This document shows, in pieces, positions 63,093 through 64,000 of a DNA stretch of 64,000 nt. The notes below the pieces were generated by a model. That model was not told the DNA's origin. It ran no database searches and was given only the letters and a program-made list of their open reading frames with translations. The position numbers were made by a program, and so were the translations under genes. Every line of letters starts with the position of its first letter. The first letter of the stretch is position 1. Source of the stretch: an uncultured bacterium (GTDB lineage Bacteria; Patescibacteriota; Minisyncoccia; UBA6257; GWB1-50-10); contig OY970216.1 of NCBI GenBank assembly GCA_963713955.1, positions 442,252 through 506,251 of the forward strand, given 5' to 3'.

Positions 63093-63767
63093 ATGGCGCA
63101 AAAAATAAAACCAAACGCATACCGGCTAGGCATCACGATTCCTTGGTCATCCAAGTGGTTTTTTAAGAAATCGCTGAAATTTTTCTTGGAAGAAGATCAC
63201 CTGATACGGCGGGTGATAAACAAAGAGATCCTTCAGTCCGGGATCGCCGGAGTAGAAATAGAAAGAACCGGCGAAAACATAAGAATCACCGTGAAATCAT
63301 CGAAACCGGGACTCATTATCGGCAGAGGCGGCAAGGGAGTGGAAGAGCTGAAAAACAAAATATACAAGGAAATAAAAAAATTGAGGAGAAAAAATAAGGT
63401 TACCCAGACGCCGGCCCTCAACATAAACATAGAAGAACTTAGAAGATTCGACGTCTCGGCCCAGGTAACGGCGCAGCAGCTGGCTTACGACATAGAAAAG
63501 AGGTTGCCGTACCGCCGAGTCATGAAAAAGGGGCTGGAAGCGATTATGCAAAATAGGGAAGTCAAGGGCGCAAAAATAAAAATGGGCGGGCGATTGGACG
63601 GCGCTGAGATATCGAGAAGCGACTCCATGCTGAAGGGCAAAATGCCCCTTTCGAGCCTCAGATCCAACATTGATTACGGTGAAGCGGTGGCTTACAACAC
63701 GTATGGGACGGTAGGGGTGAAAGTCTGGATCTATAAGGGAGAAATTTTCGACGAAAATAAAAAATAA
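63093..63767 (+). CDS. rpsC: 30S ribosomal protein S3
   Basis: MAQKIKPNAYRLGI..., KH domain. Confidence 0.9.
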   Translation: MAQKIKPNAYRLGITIPWSSKWFFKKSLKFFLEEDHLIRRVINKEILQSGIAGVEIERTGENIRITVKSSKPGLIIGRGGKGVEELKNKIYKEIKKLRRKNKVTQTPALNINIEELRRFDVSAQVTAQQLAYDIEKRLPYRRVMKKGLEAIMQNREVKGAKIKMGGRLDGAEISRSDSMLKGKMPLSSLRSNIDYGEAVAYNTYGTVGVKVWIYKGEIFDENKK

Positions 63768-64000
63768 ATGCTCTTACAACCCAAAAAACAAAAACACAGG
63801 AAGCAGCAAAAAGGCAGATCCAAGAAGAGGATCACGGAAACTCGGGGGCTCGATCTTAGTTTCGGCGCATTCGGTCTTCAGTCCCGGGAAATGGCTTGGA
63901 TAACCGCCCAACAAATCGAAGCCGCAAGGAAATCGATAACGCACGCCCTGAAGAAAGGCGGCAAGCTCTGGATAAGGATTTTCCCCGATAAGCCCGTAAC
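63768..64000 (+). CDS. rplP: 50S ribosomal protein L16 (3' end beyond window)
   Basis: [17 protein letters not shown]... L16 N-terminus. Confidence 0.85.
   Translation, partial: MLLQPKKQKHRKQQKGRSKKRITETRGLDLSFGAFGLQSREMAWITAQQIEAARKSITHALKKGGKLWIRIFPDKPV

Overview
This 64-kb fragment has the gene content of a small, streamlined bacterial genome and looks like Candidate Phyla Radiation (Patescibacteria), an inference from gene content only. Housekeeping operons dominate: hrcA-grpE-dnaK-dnaJ with a CIRCE operator, xseAB, parA/parB, rel, groESL, an ATP synthase operon atpBEFHAGDC, dnaG-rpoD, and the str/S10 ribosomal cluster rpsL-rpsG-fusA-tuf-rpsJ...rplC-rplD-rplW-rplB-rpsS-rplV-rpsC-rplP. 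Five tRNAs are present: Leu-CAA, Ser-GGA, Gln-TTG, Pro-GGG, and one tRNA-like gene split by an insertion sequence. Several accessory features interrupt this backbone. (1) Three paralogous type-IV-pilin-like genes share a conserved N-terminal module and carry variable C-terminal lectin (LamG-like) domains; one sits inside the S10 ribosomal operon between rpsJ and rplC, within a ~2-kb insertion flanked by palindromic MITE-like repeats. (2) A 2.9-kb island next to tRNA-Gln is bounded by 58-bp direct repeats that include the tRNA 3' end; it encodes a 739-aa secreted protein built from seven CX5CX3CX8C modules, and an IS3-family element and a truncated SET-domain gene lie alongside. (3) Two diverged IS3-family insertion sequences are present. 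(4) At least four families of short structured intergenic repeats occur, with covarying stems and one nested insertion. (5) An 18-bp perfect inverted repeat plus a 24-codon mini-ORF sequesters the fusA ribosome-binding site. No CRISPR array, rRNA gene or reverse transcriptase was seen.
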